Shown piece by piece: positions 21,379 to 30,795 of a DNA stretch of 64,000 bases. The stretch comes from Capsulimonadaceae bacterium. GTDB lineage: Bacteria > Armatimonadota > Armatimonadia > Armatimonadales > Capsulimonadaceae. The stretch covers positions 6,048,001 to 6,112,000 of the forward strand of contig OZ244065.1 in the NCBI GenBank assembly GCA_965215505.1, given 5' to 3'. Each line of letters begins with the position of its first letter. Within the stretch, counting starts at the first letter, position 1. Below the pieces are notes generated by a model. That model ran no database searches. It worked only from the letters and a program-made list of their open reading frames with translations, and was not told where the DNA came from. The translations under genes and the position numbers were made by a program.

Positions 21379-21407
21379 ATCTTATCATATAAGTCTTATA
21401 GTGTCAA
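21379..21407 (-). promoter_or_regulatory. Sigma70 promoter with a palindromic operator in the spacer
   Basis: Minus strand TTGACA-17 bp-TAAGAT; palindrome TATAAG-T-CTTATA at 21388-21400. Confidence 0.7.
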
Positions 21408-21474
21408 GTGCTATTTTGTAGTGCCGTACAATACCCGCGAGTGGACAGTCCTGCCGGGCCGATACTCCGCCAGC

Positions 21475-23391
21475 CTATCCCGTGGGCGGCTGGGGCCAGC
21501 GGCTGAGGTCGGTTCCCGCCAGCCTGTCCTGAACCGGCTTGGCCGCCTCCGACAGGGCAGTCAGCTGCAAAGTGACGTCGAGGGCGACGCGCCCCGAGGC
21601 GGGGGCAGTCACGGCGGCGGTGAGCAGGCGGAAGCCGGGGTTGGGGGCGTCAATGGCTGCGGGGGGCGGGTCCGCCGGGATGACCTCGAACCGGGCATCC
21701 GCCGACGCCTGGAGGCCGACGCGCAGGTGGCGGCCATTCTCGGTCAGGAGGGCCGCAGGGGCATCAGACGCATCAGAAACGGTGATCTCGGCCCTGGTGA
21801 GCATCGCCCAGCGCACCGTGTCGCCCGGACGGAGGCCCTCGATCTCGTCCCGGATCAGGACGTGACCGCCGGGGCGGAACAGGAAGCCGCGCGTGACGCG
21901 GGCGGCCTGCCCCGCAAAGACCGGCGAGAGGTCCACGACCGCGCCCGCGTCGGCGGCCCCCGAGAAGTGGGTGATCGCGGCCTGCCCATCCACGCGGTGA
22001 TGCTGCCCGTTGACGGTCAGGGTGCTGTGGCTGAGGTTGTTGAGCCGGAAGACGTCCCAGCGCCCCGAAACCTGGGCGGTGTTCCACAGGTCCACACCCT
22101 CCGACTCCAGCGAAAGGTAGTCCTGCATTCCCAGGTCGTGCCCCCAGCGCACGCCGTCCGCCTCGAAGACGAACGAGCCGGCGTCCATGTGGGCGTGACT
22201 CAGTGCGGCCTTGCCGCCCTTCAGGGCCAGAAACATCGCCCGCAGGTCGTCCCAGGCGCTCCGAAAGACGGCCAGCGGGTTGGGGCCGCGCCCGTACCAG
22301 TTCAAGTCCTGTTCTGTACTGGCGTTTGCGTCCGGCGTGTCTGGCCACCAAAGGGCGGCGAGCGGCAGCAGGCGGTCTTCTTCGGTGTCCGGCCGGGCGG
22401 GGCGCGTCGAGTCCGCGTAAAGTCGGAGGCCGGCCCGCTCGGAGCGCAGCAGGTCGGGGCGCCTCAAGGTGTGGGCGAACCACCACAGGGCGGGTTCCAT
22501 GCCCGGATGCTCGACGCCGTCGGAGAAGTTGAAGTAGCTGCCGCTCGGCCCGAGCAGCCGGAGGAGGGCGTCGGCACTCGTCAGGAAGCCGGGGCTGCGG
22601 CTCAGGCCCCAGTCCGTCCCCAGCGCGGACTCAAGTGCCGCCAGCAGGACGGCCTGGAACAGAGTGCCGTAGCCCCAGTACATGGGGCCTTCGGGGTAGA
22701 CGCCGTCGGGCGCGTAAGGCTCCATCCCGCGCGGATTGTTCCGGCGCGTCTTGCCCAGGATCTGGGCCGCAAGTGCCGGCTCCTCCTCGGCGACCGCCAG
22801 CGCGCCCAGGGTCAGGCCGCCCAGGCAGACCGCGTTCCAGTTGTTCGCCGAACTCGCCCCGGCGTCGTGGGCCAGACCCGCCCGCAGGCCCTTTTCGGCG
22901 ATGGCGTCGGCGATAGCCGTGCGCGTGTCTGTGTCCAAGATGTCGTACAGCCAGTCGTAGCCGAAGGCTAGGGCCGCCGTCATCTCGCCGACATCCAGGA
23001 AATGGCTGGGGTTCCAGTCGGCGAATGCCGCCGCCGCCAGCATCTCCCGCCCGGCGCGCTCTGCCAGGGCGGCGTCGTCCGTCAGGTGGAAGTGCAGGGC
23101 GAGCAGGAGGACGCGCCGCAGAGCCACGCGCGAGACATGTAGGAGCCGCTTCCCGTCCTTCTTGTAGGCGACGGGTGGGGCGGGGAGGATGGCCCGCGCC
23201 TCGACCTCGCCGCGCCGCAAGAAGGCGTCCAGCAGGGCGTCCCCGCCCCGCCGCACTTTGATCGCCCCCCACGTCCCCGCCGAGGCCAGCAGTCGCGGGT
23301 GGCCGGGCCGGAGCGAGGCGAGCGGATCGTCGGGGTCCGCCTGGTCTTGGAGTGCCTGGCGGGCCGGATGTTCTTGCGGCGTGTCTCCCAT
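21475..23391 (-). CDS. Heparinase II/III-like polysaccharide lyase
   Basis: HPRL, WNPSHFLD, NNWNAVC, DGVYPEGPMYWGYG, HAHMDAGSF, HSTLTVNG. Confidence 0.88.
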   Translation of the reverse strand: MGDTPQEHPARQALQDQADPDDPLASLRPGHPRLLASAGTWGAIKVRRGGDALLDAFLRRGEVEARAILPAPPVAYKKDGKRLLHVSRVALRRVLLLALHFHLTDDAALAERAGREMLAAAAFADWNPSHFLDVGEMTAALAFGYDWLYDILDTDTRTAIADAIAEKGLRAGLAHDAGASSANNWNAVCLGGLTLGALAVAEEEPALAAQILGKTRRNNPRGMEPYAPDGVYPEGPMYWGYGTLFQAVLLAALESALGTDWGLSRSPGFLTSADALLRLLGPSGSYFNFSDGVEHPGMEPALWWFAHTLRRPDLLRSERAGLRLYADSTRPARPDTEEDRLLPLAALWWPDTPDANASTEQDLNWYGRGPNPLAVFRSAWDDLRAMFLALKGGKAALSHAHMDAGSFVFEADGVRWGHDLGMQDYLSLESEGVDLWNTAQVSGRWDVFRLNNLSHSTLTVNGQHHRVDGQAAITHFSGAADAGAVVDLSPVFAGQAARVTRGFLFRPGGHVLIRDEIEGLRPGDTVRWAMLTRAEITVSDASDAPAALLTENGRHLRVGLQASADARFEVIPADPPPAAIDAPNPGFRLLTAAVTAPASGRVALDVTLQLTALSEAAKPVQDRLAGTDLSRWPQPPTG

Positions 23392-23437
23392 TTGGCCCCT
23401 AATTAGCGTTGCTCGGCGCTCTCATGCCGGGACATCC

Positions 23438-24124
23438 TCAAGTCTTCATCACCGCCCCGAACACGACCACCAGCCCCAGATCAAACACCAGCCCGTGCCA
23501 CAAGATCGGAACGATGATCGAGCGCGTCTGCCGGTACAGCCAGGCGAAGAAGACGCCCGCCGCTACGATCGCAAGCACCGTCGCCTCGGCCCAGCCGGGG
23601 CGCAGCAGCAGGCGCAGGACGAGGTAATGCCAGGCCGCGAAGGTGAACGCCGTCCACACAGCGCCGACCGTCCAGACCGCCTCGCTCGTCCCGCGCAGCT
23701 CGTTCAGGACGACCCCGCGCCAGAACAGCTCCTCCAGGATCGCGTTCACCAGGACGAAATAGACGCCGAAAGGCAGAAGCCAGGCCGCGTGGAAGCCGCG
23801 CGTGGTGACGATGGAGGGGATGTCGGTCGCGTCCAGAACCCGTTTGCCGATCTCGGCGTAGCCGAACAGGGACAGCGGCACGACGCACACCAGTGCGGCC
23901 AGCAGGACCGCCCACTGCCGCAGCGTCGGCCAGCGGACGGCCCCGCGCCATAGCCGCCGGCCCCACAGGGCGGCGGGCAGCAGGCAGCAGCCGTGGTACA
24001 GGAAGAAGGTCCAGGCGATGCTGTCCAGCCGGTACATCCCCAGCCAGACGGCGGGCCAGGGCAGGAGGGTGAGCAGGACGACGATCGCCAGGCGTCGTCG
24101 GGCAGGGTGTGCGGGCAGGGTCAT
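23438..24124 (-). CDS. CPBP (CAAX/Abi) family intramembrane metalloprotease
   Basis: EELFWRG, FAAWH, H...D motifs; multiple TM; start moved to MTLPAHP. Confidence 0.85.
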   Translation of the reverse strand: MTLPAHPARRRLAIVVLLTLLPWPAVWLGMYRLDSIAWTFFLYHGCCLLPAALWGRRLWRGAVRWPTLRQWAVLLAALVCVVPLSLFGYAEIGKRVLDATDIPSIVTTRGFHAAWLLPFGVYFVLVNAILEELFWRGVVLNELRGTSEAVWTVGAVWTAFTFAAWHYLVLRLLLRPGWAEATVLAIVAAGVFFAWLYRQTRSIIVPILWHGLVFDLGLVVVFGAVMKT

Positions 24125-24289
24125 GACGGCGTTACGATAGCATTTTACGGAGGGGGCTGTCAAGGGAACCCCGCCCGCCCGCCGCCTGTTAAATGGTAAG
24201 CATGGGCTGAAACGAGCGGGGCCGACCGCGCCCCGCCAGTCCCAGCCAAGTAACCCTAGGCAAGTAATTCTAAGACAAGAGGCCATTCG

Positions 24290-25270
24290 GTGACAACTCC
24301 CAACTTTAGCCCCGACGCGAGCGAGCCGCGCAACGTCGTGATCATCGGCTCCGGCCCCGCCGGACTGACGGCGGCCATCTACGCCGCCCGCGCCAACCTC
24401 AGCCCGCTGGTCATCGAGGGCGGGGCACCCAACCTGCCCGGCGGCCAGCTCATGATCACCTCGGACGTCGAGAACTTTCCCGGATTCGCCAACGGCATCA
24501 TGGGGCCGGACCTGATGGACCAGATGCGCCAGCAGGCCGCCCGCGTCGGCGCGGAGTTCCTGACGGAGAACGTCAGCGCCGTGGACTTCTCGGAGCGCCC
24601 GTTCCATATCCAGACCGAGGAGGGCAAGGCATTCCGGGCCAAGACCGCCATCGTCACGACCGGTGCCTCGGCCAAGTGGCTGGGCCTGCCGACCGAGACG
24701 GCCCTGTACGGCAAGGGCGTGTCCGCCTGCGCCACCTGCGACGGTTTCTTCTTCCGCAACCGCGAGGTCGTCGTGGTCGGCGGCGGGGACACGGCCCTGG
24801 AAGAAGCGAACTACCTGAGCCGCATGGCCTCCAAAGTTACCGTCGTGCATCGCCGGGACACCCTGCGCGCCTCCCACATCATGCAGAAGCGGGCGATGGA
24901 CAACCCGAAGATCCACTTCGTCTGGGATACCGCCATCAAAGCGATCCATGACCCCGACGCGGGTAAGGTGACCGGCCTGACGCTGCACAACCTGAAGACC
25001 GATGAAGAAAGCTTCTTCCCGACCGACGGGGTCTTCATCGCCATCGGCCACACGCCGAACACCAAGCTGTTCGCCGGGCACCTCGCGATGGACCCGCAGG
25101 GCTACATCATCACCACGCCGGGCCGCCCCCTGACGAGCGTTGCTGGCGTCTTCGCGGCGGGCGACGTGCAGGACACCGAGTACAAGCAGGCCATCACGGC
25201 GGCCGGCTCGGGCTGCCAGGCCGCCATGGACGCCGAGCGCTTCCTAGAAGAGCAGGAGCAGGGCGAGTAG
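24290..25270 (+). CDS. trxB: Thioredoxin reductase
   Basis: GSGPAG, GGQL, CATCDG, GGGDTA, FAAGDV. Confidence 0.97.
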   Translation: MTTPNFSPDASEPRNVVIIGSGPAGLTAAIYAARANLSPLVIEGGAPNLPGGQLMITSDVENFPGFANGIMGPDLMDQMRQQAARVGAEFLTENVSAVDFSERPFHIQTEEGKAFRAKTAIVTTGASAKWLGLPTETALYGKGVSACATCDGFFFRNREVVVVGGGDTALEEANYLSRMASKVTVVHRRDTLRASHIMQKRAMDNPKIHFVWDTAIKAIHDPDAGKVTGLTLHNLKTDEESFFPTDGVFIAIGHTPNTKLFAGHLAMDPQGYIITTPGRPLTSVAGVFAAGDVQDTEYKQAITAAGSGCQAAMDAERFLEEQEQGE

Positions 25271-25286
25271 GAGGGGTGGACGGAGG

Positions 25287-25317
25287 GGCCGGGCGCGGGA
25301 TGCGTCCGGCCTTTTTT
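25287..25317 (+). terminator. Rho-independent terminator after trxB
   Basis: ggccgggcgc / gcgtccggcc stem followed by TTTTTT. Confidence 0.7.
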
Positions 25318-25404
25318 GATTCGTAACATTCGCTTGGCAGCCTGCGTATGCCGTGAATAGTACAGATGTTACGCGCCCTCGGGGGCATCATAAACGGGGG
25401 AGGA

Positions 25405-25540
25405 CGAGTGATTGAAATCACTCGCTCCACTCGGACTTGTCCAGGGGACAGAAGGGGGGAGGGGCCAGACGGCATTCTCCCATCCCTTTCCTCTTGTCCC
25501 CTGGACAAATCCGGCGGCAGCGAGTGATTTTAATCACTTG
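25405..25540. repeat. REPIN-like inverted doublet of palindrome cgagtgattgaaatcactcg
   Basis: Outer arms 25405-25426 and 25519-25540; inner stem ttgtccaggggaca/tgtcccctggacaa; an identical solo 20-mer at 58101-58120. Confidence 0.8.
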
Positions 25541-25676
25541 CTCGGCTCCCCGCGCTGTCCTTTCCGCCGCCGAGAAGGCTTTCGGACAGCCCGCGCAGAT
25601 GCCCGGCATGGGCAGCATCGAGGAAGTGCGGGCACCCCGCGCCGCCGGCCTCCGCCGGTGTAGACCGGGCGCGCGA

Positions 25677-25728
25677 TGCGCCGGGCCTTTTTTGCCGCCC
25701 GGCAGGTAAACCCGCCCCGTGCGGCGAA
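25677..25728 (+). repeat. Imperfect direct repeat, copy A (partner 30736-30786)
   Basis: ttttttgccgcccggcaggtaaacccgccccgtgcggcgaa vs ttttttgtcgccccggcaggaaagcccgccccgcgcggcgaa. Confidence 0.7.
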
Positions 25729-25842
25729 TACTGACGCCGGCACAACAGCGAAACCATTTAACATAACCCCAGGACCGAATGGGGCGGGCACCAGGGGGCC
25801 GGGCCACACTGCTTCTGACGGGACTCCCAGGAGGCGACTATT

Positions 25843-26439
25843 GTGGAACCGAAATACCTTGACGATGCCTTGTCCCTCGCCCATGGCGGTGCGCGGCGCG
25901 CGGGGCTGAACGTGGAGGACACGGAAGACTGTGTCCTCCACTTCGCCCAGAAGATGCTGACGGCTCCGCTGCCAACGTCTAATGTCGAGGCGTGGATGCG
26001 CGAGAGCGCGCGTAACCATGTCATTGACTATGCCCGTGCCCGGCAAAAGCGGCTGACGCATGAATGCTACTGGCCGCAGACTGTCTCCGACAGCGGCCAG
26101 CCTGTAAAGCGGGACTGCCAGGATGGAGCGCCGAGCGTTGAAGCCGAGCTGCTTCAGGACGAACTCCGGCGGCTCCTGATGGTGGCTCTGATGGAACTCT
26201 CCCCCATGGCGCGGGAAGTCTTCCTTCGCCACCACCTTTCCGGCGAGTCTGCCGAAGAGATCGCCACCTCTTCCGGCCGCACCCCCCATGCCGTCGAGCA
26301 AAGCCTTTACCGCTCCCGGAAGCATCTGCGCGCCGCCCTGGAGCGGCATGGCTCGACGGAAGCCGAACTGCGCCAGTACCTCACCGACGACCCCGGCCCC
26401 CTGCTGTGCTGGCACTCCCCCGATCCCAAAGAACCATGA
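25843..26439 (+). CDS. ECF-like sigma-70 factor
   Basis: Region 2-like AWMRESARNHVIDYAR; region 4-like LMELSPMAREVFLRHHLSGESAEEIA...VEQSLYRSRKHLR; AGGAGG RBS. Confidence 0.85.
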   Translation: MEPKYLDDALSLAHGGARRAGLNVEDTEDCVLHFAQKMLTAPLPTSNVEAWMRESARNHVIDYARARQKRLTHECYWPQTVSDSGQPVKRDCQDGAPSVEAELLQDELRRLLMVALMELSPMAREVFLRHHLSGESAEEIATSSGRTPHAVEQSLYRSRKHLRAALERHGSTEAELRQYLTDDPGPLLCWHSPDPKEP

Positions 26440-26681
26440 TCTCGACCGTGAGAAAATGGGGCGTGAGGTTTTGTCCGCTCGGAGCGTTATAGTCACTGTC
26501 ACCCACAGACGCTCAGGCAGCAGGGGACAAGAGGACAGGCCACCGTGACCGCTGAACAACTCACCACACCAAAACCGACGACGTTCGCGCGAAAGCTCGC
26601 GCGCCTGCTGGATGGCCCTCTCCTGTTCGTCTGCCTGAGCGCCGCCACCATGGTTCTCGGAGTCAAGTTCGCCCTGCTCTA

Positions 26682-27537
26682 GGGAGTGCCTAAAGTAAGT
26701 CGGCAACAAAGTCACACCCCTCGGCGGGCAGCTTCGGGAACGCCCGCTTGGCCCGCTGCCGCCGGTTCCAGGCGTACACGAACAAGGCCACTGCCCGCGT
26801 CAGCGCCCACAGGCACCGCGAGAAGCACCGGCTCTTGCGGGCCAGCCGCGCCAGATAGTGCCGCAGCTCGGCGTTGTCCCCCTCCACGCTGAATGTCTCG
26901 CTCTTGCCCGGTGCCACCGCATGAGTGCCCGAATACAGAAGCTGGGCGTAGGTCGGGAAGCCGTCGCTGAAGTAGCGGTAGGCCGGGGGCGCATCATCCA
27001 CGACCTGCTGCATGGCCTCCCAGTCTCGGTTCCAGACCACGCCGAAGCCCACGATGCATCGGGTGGCCCGGTCTACGCACGTCAGCAGGTAAGCCGGCTC
27101 TTTTTTTGGGAGACGAACGTGTAGAGTTCATCGAGTTCCAGCGTCTCGACGCTCGCCTCCTTCTGGCGCTCCGTTGGCAACGGGGGCGCAGGCAGATTGG
27201 CGGCGGCGGCGTTGACCCAGTTGGCGACCGATTGCGGGTTGACGCCCAAATGCCGGGCGATGCGCCGGAAGTTGGTGCCGTCCACATACAGCTTGAGGGC
27301 CTGGCGGCGCACGGACAAGTCGTAGCCCGGTGCCTTCGGCACGGGGGTGTAGGTACGCCCGCAGTGACGACACTCGCGGCGCAGGGTGCCGGTCTGGTTC
27401 TTGCCGGCGCGGTGTTGCTTGGTCGTTGCTCCGCAAGTGGGGCAGATCAGCAAAGGCTCAGAACTGGGATCGGTGCTGGGATTAGGCATGAGCTATTATA
27501 GCCGAAGAATACTTGCCGAGCAACTTTAGGCACTCCC
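26682..27537 (-). mobile_element. IS1-family insertion sequence (856 bp)
   Basis: TIRs gggagtgcctaaagt...tcggcaa at both ends; 8-bp target duplication CTGCTCTA (26674-26681, 27538-27545). Confidence 0.95.
26690..27489 (-). CDS. IS1-family transposase InsAB via -1 programmed frameshift
   Basis: InsA Zn finger CPTC/CRHC plus HTH, ELDELYTFV; slippery A7G at 27100-27107 shifts into KKEPAYLLTCVDR...YFSDGF...VEGDNAELRHYLARL. Confidence 0.9.
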
Positions 27538-27910
27538 CTGCTCTACGCGACGCTGGCCGCCCCCGTGATTCCGGGGTGGAACTGGGGCAGCCACCCGAAC
27601 ACGCTGCTGATCGCCTACCGGGCGTCTACCTGTGGGTGCGGCGCGCATTTCTCCGATGCCATCAGCCAGGGGGCGAAGCACCATGCGGACGTGCTGGTCG
27701 TGGCCTCGGTTGCCGATGCCAAGGGTGCCAGCCTCGCCCCAATCCGTGCCGACCCGCACGTCTGGATTCTCTCCAGCATCCCCTCGCAGACGCTCTCGCG
27801 TCTGCTGCCGAAAGGAGGCACGGCTATTCTGAATATTCAGCACGGCCGCATCACACACCAGATCACCGGCAGCGTCCTTCCGGACGACTTCTTTCACTGA
27901 AAGGCATGGT

Positions 27911-28669
27911 ATGAACAATACGTCAACCGCCGGTGCCTCCGATGCCGTCCGCAACCGCCGTTTGGTTGTCCTCGGCGTGCTGCTCATCCTGGCCGCCGCC
28001 GCCATCACGGGGGGCCGCCTCCTCTACTCGCGGATGCAGCAGGCGCGGCTGACGCAGGACCGGCCCAAAGACTTGCAGTACGGCGTCTCGGTCTACAGCC
28101 CGGAGACGGCAGGCAAGGTGCAGACCCAGCGGCAGAAGTATCTGGCGAAGGCCAGCCTGCTGCGCGACCACTGGCGCGTGTGGGCCGAAGCCCACCAGGC
28201 TCTATTACGGCAGCTCCGGCACTCCCCGCCCGGTGACACCGCCACGCTGATGCGCGTCAGTTCGCTCCTGCCGTCTTCGGCACACCTCAACCAAGCGACG
28301 GGGATAACGCTGGCGGACATCGGCATAAAACCAGGGGACCTTGATAACCCGAACGCGGTGCGTTTCACATGGCAGCCTGGTCCACTCAAACAGCCGATCG
28401 CCGCAGAGTGGGCGCGCACGGACCCCGGCGCTCAAGCCGCCAGTGATCGTACTGATGACATAACCCTTGGAATGAACAAGCGGCAGTTTCAGACGTACCA
28501 TAACATCGCTCTTTCCATGTCCATGAGCGCCGGGCGTTCCCGGATCACGCTCTGGGCGGACGGCCGTATCACCGAGATGGTCGTCCAAGACCAACATATC
28601 AGAGGCAAGCCGACCATCGTTGATGGGCTGGAGAAAGAAATCGCTCCGCCCTACGACTTTCTCAAATAA
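27911..28669 (+). CDS. Hypothetical single-TM exported protein
   Basis: RNRR followed by hydrophobic LVVLGVLLILAAAAI; 252 aa ORF in operon. Confidence 0.7.
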   Translation: MNNTSTAGASDAVRNRRLVVLGVLLILAAAAITGGRLLYSRMQQARLTQDRPKDLQYGVSVYSPETAGKVQTQRQKYLAKASLLRDHWRVWAEAHQALLRQLRHSPPGDTATLMRVSSLLPSSAHLNQATGITLADIGIKPGDLDNPNAVRFTWQPGPLKQPIAAEWARTDPGAQAASDRTDDITLGMNKRQFQTYHNIALSMSMSAGRSRITLWADGRITEMVVQDQHIRGKPTIVDGLEKEIAPPYDFLK

Positions 28670-28681
28670 ATGGAGAAGAAA

Positions 28682-29032
28682 ATGCTCAAACTTCGCGCCT
28701 TCAGACTCGGCAACAGCTTTCTGCTCGGTCTGGTCGGCCTCCTAACAGGGTCCGTGTTCGTCCTATCTAATGGCGCGCACGGCGATGCGTTTGGAAGCGA
28801 CTGCGTGCCGGATTGGTCGGTCCTGAGCGCAAGTTGCGACAACGGGACCCAAGTCTCTAGATGGTCTGGGAGCTATTATTGTGCCACCAGTCCCAGTGGT
28901 CTGTGTTGCAGCTACCAGGTCTTCGGGGTTTTCTGCGACGCGAATGGCACAGAAACGCATCTCGGCACCTCTTATCATCTGGTTAGAAAGGGCGAGAGCG
29001 GCAAAACCTGTACATCAATGGGCTGTTGGTAG
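28682..29032 (+). CDS. Secreted cysteine-rich mini-protein (8 Cys)
   Basis: Signal-like leader ending GAHG; mature part with C-C-C-CC-C-C-C spacing ending CTSMGCW; alternative start 28670. Confidence 0.7.
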   Translation: MLKLRAFRLGNSFLLGLVGLLTGSVFVLSNGAHGDAFGSDCVPDWSVLSASCDNGTQVSRWSGSYYCATSPSGLCCSYQVFGVFCDANGTETHLGTSYHLVRKGESGKTCTSMGCW

Positions 29033-29124
29033 CAAGGCCCAGGCACAGTCTACCGTGCAACAGGTTAGGCACTCGAAGGGTGACAACCCTCCGAGTGCCT
29101 GTGCTGGCTCTTTATGGAGGAAAC

Positions 29125-29823
29125 ATGAGACGGCGTGGCTTTACCCTCATTGAACTGCTGGTCGTGGTCGGCATCATCTCGATCCTGGCCGCGATCCTGT
29201 TCCCCGTCTTCGCCTCGTCCCGCGCCCGCGCCCGCGACACCGTCTGCGTCTCCAACCTGCATCAGATCGGCATGGTGATGGCCCTGTACGCCCAGGACAC
29301 CGACGAACTCTACCCCTACGGCGCGGACCCGATAGACAAGCACACGTCCTTGTGGAACGGCACGAAGTACGCCCCGCAGGTGGCGGCCATGCCGATGCTG
29401 CAAGACATCCTGCGCCCCTACACGGCCTCCGCCACGCTCTGGCGCTGCCCGGACGACACCGGCTATGACGTGGTGGACTCGGACCTGCACGTCGGCGAGG
29501 ATGGCCCGCTGAAGATGGACGCGCGCCCGTCGGCGTTTGAGAAGTTCGGCACCTCCTACTTCTACCGCACTGCCCTGGCGCTGGCCTATGTGCGCTACCC
29601 CGGTGCCGCGTTCTATGAGACCGCCCCGCCTTACCAGGAGCACGGCCCCGCCGAGGTGAGCATCCTGTTCGACCAGGACGGCTTCTGGCACGGCACCGAC
29701 GAGTCGCTGAAGCGCTACACGACCCTGATGGCCGACGGCCATGCGGCCACGCTGGGCTTGGACAGGTTCAAGCAGAATTGGGACCTGAGCGCGAGGCCGG
29801 GACAGCCCGACCTCGCGCCCTGA
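29125..29823 (+). CDS. Prepilin-type N-methylation domain protein (H-X-DG type)
   Basis: [30 protein letters not shown]...LMADGH; GGAGG RBS. Confidence 0.92.
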   Translation: MRRRGFTLIELLVVVGIISILAAILFPVFASSRARARDTVCVSNLHQIGMVMALYAQDTDELYPYGADPIDKHTSLWNGTKYAPQVAAMPMLQDILRPYTASATLWRCPDDTGYDVVDSDLHVGEDGPLKMDARPSAFEKFGTSYFYRTALALAYVRYPGAAFYETAPPYQEHGPAEVSILFDQDGFWHGTDESLKRYTTLMADGHAATLGLDRFKQNWDLSARPGQPDLAP

Positions 29824-29832
29824 GCGTGCCTC

Positions 29833-30723
29833 ATGCAGACCGAGTGGCGGAACAGCCTGGCCTTTCTGAGACGCGCGGCCCTCAGCGCCTGCGTCCGCCC
29901 ATTCCTGCGCGGGTTGAGCCGCGCGACGGGCCTTGCCGTGTCCGTCATCATGCCGACGTGCGGCAAGGCGACGTACCTGGACCTGACTCTGGCCGCCCTG
30001 GAATGTCAGGTCTTCCCCGCCGACTTGTGGGAGCTGATCGTCATTGACGACGCCTCCGCCGACGCCACCCCCCAGGTCCTGGAGTTCTACGCCGGGCGCG
30101 GGATTCTGCCCCTGGTCTCGCGGCGCTCCCCGAAGAACCGAGGCCGCGCCGGGGCGCGCAACGACGCGCTGGCCCTGGCGCGCGGCCACGTCGTCCTCTT
30201 CCTCGACGACGACCGCCTCACCGGCCCGGACTTCCTCTTGCAGCACGCCCTCCGCCACCGGGGCGAACCCGGCGTCGTTCACGGGAACACGAACCGGCGC
30301 ATCCAGACGCACGGATGCCCGCCGGTCACGCGCGACGAGGTGACGCGGGCGGGCCGCTTTCATCAGCGCGGCCTCGGCTGGGTCTTCCTGACGGCCGGGA
30401 ACTCCTCCGCCCCGCGCGGGCGCGTGGAGGCGGTCGGCGGCTTCGACGAGGAGTTCCAGGGGTGGGGCTTCGAGGACAACGACCTCGCCCTCCGCCTCCA
30501 GCAGTCCGGCCTGCCGCTCCGCTTCGAACCGGCGATCACCACCCTGCACCAGATCCACCCCGCCGGGCCGCAGAAGGCCGCCGACCAGCGGCGCAACATG
30601 CACCACCTCTTCCGCAAACACCCCGCCCTCGACCGCGCGGCGATGGAGCCGCTGTTCACCCTGAAAGTGCCGCCCGACCAGTGGATCAAGCCGCCGGGCG
30701 ACCGTCCCCGCGTCACGGCCTGA
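29833..30723 (+). CDS. Glycosyltransferase family 2
   Basis: VSVIMPT, IVIDDAS, ARN, FLDDD, GGFDEEF.GWGFED.DL. Confidence 0.9.
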   Translation: MQTEWRNSLAFLRRAALSACVRPFLRGLSRATGLAVSVIMPTCGKATYLDLTLAALECQVFPADLWELIVIDDASADATPQVLEFYAGRGILPLVSRRSPKNRGRAGARNDALALARGHVVLFLDDDRLTGPDFLLQHALRHRGEPGVVHGNTNRRIQTHGCPPVTRDEVTRAGRFHQRGLGWVFLTAGNSSAPRGRVEAVGGFDEEFQGWGFEDNDLALRLQQSGLPLRFEPAITTLHQIHPAGPQKAADQRRNMHHLFRKHPALDRAAMEPLFTLKVPPDQWIKPPGDRPRVTA

Positions 30724-30735
30724 CAGGCCGCACTC

Positions 30736-30786
30736 TGCGCCCGGTTTTTTGTCGCCCCGGCAGGAAAGCCCGCCCCGCGCGGCGAA
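30736..30786 (+). repeat. Imperfect direct repeat, copy B (partner 25677-25728)
   Basis: See copy A. Confidence 0.7.
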
Positions 30787-30795
30787 CCCTCCCCC

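Larger units (their letters stand above)
26545..27900 (+). pseudogene. Membrane-anchored CxC (thioredoxin-like?) protein interrupted by IS1-family element
   Basis: Joining 26545-26681 to 27546-27900 restores one frame: MTAEQ...VKFALLY|ATLAAPVIPGW...LLIAYRASTCGCG...DDFFH. Confidence 0.8.

Noticed and set aside
25405-25540. Possible CRISPR repeats
   Set aside because: Only two copies, inverted rather than direct, no spacer array and no cas genes
25545-25665. Possible gene remnant (AVLSAAEKAFGQPAQMPGMGSIEEVRA)
   Set aside because: Too short to assign; no start or RBS support
28682-30723. Calling the module a bona fide glycocin cluster
   Set aside because: No double-glycine leader or C39 ABC exporter is visible; the leader looks Sec-type; kept only as an analogy
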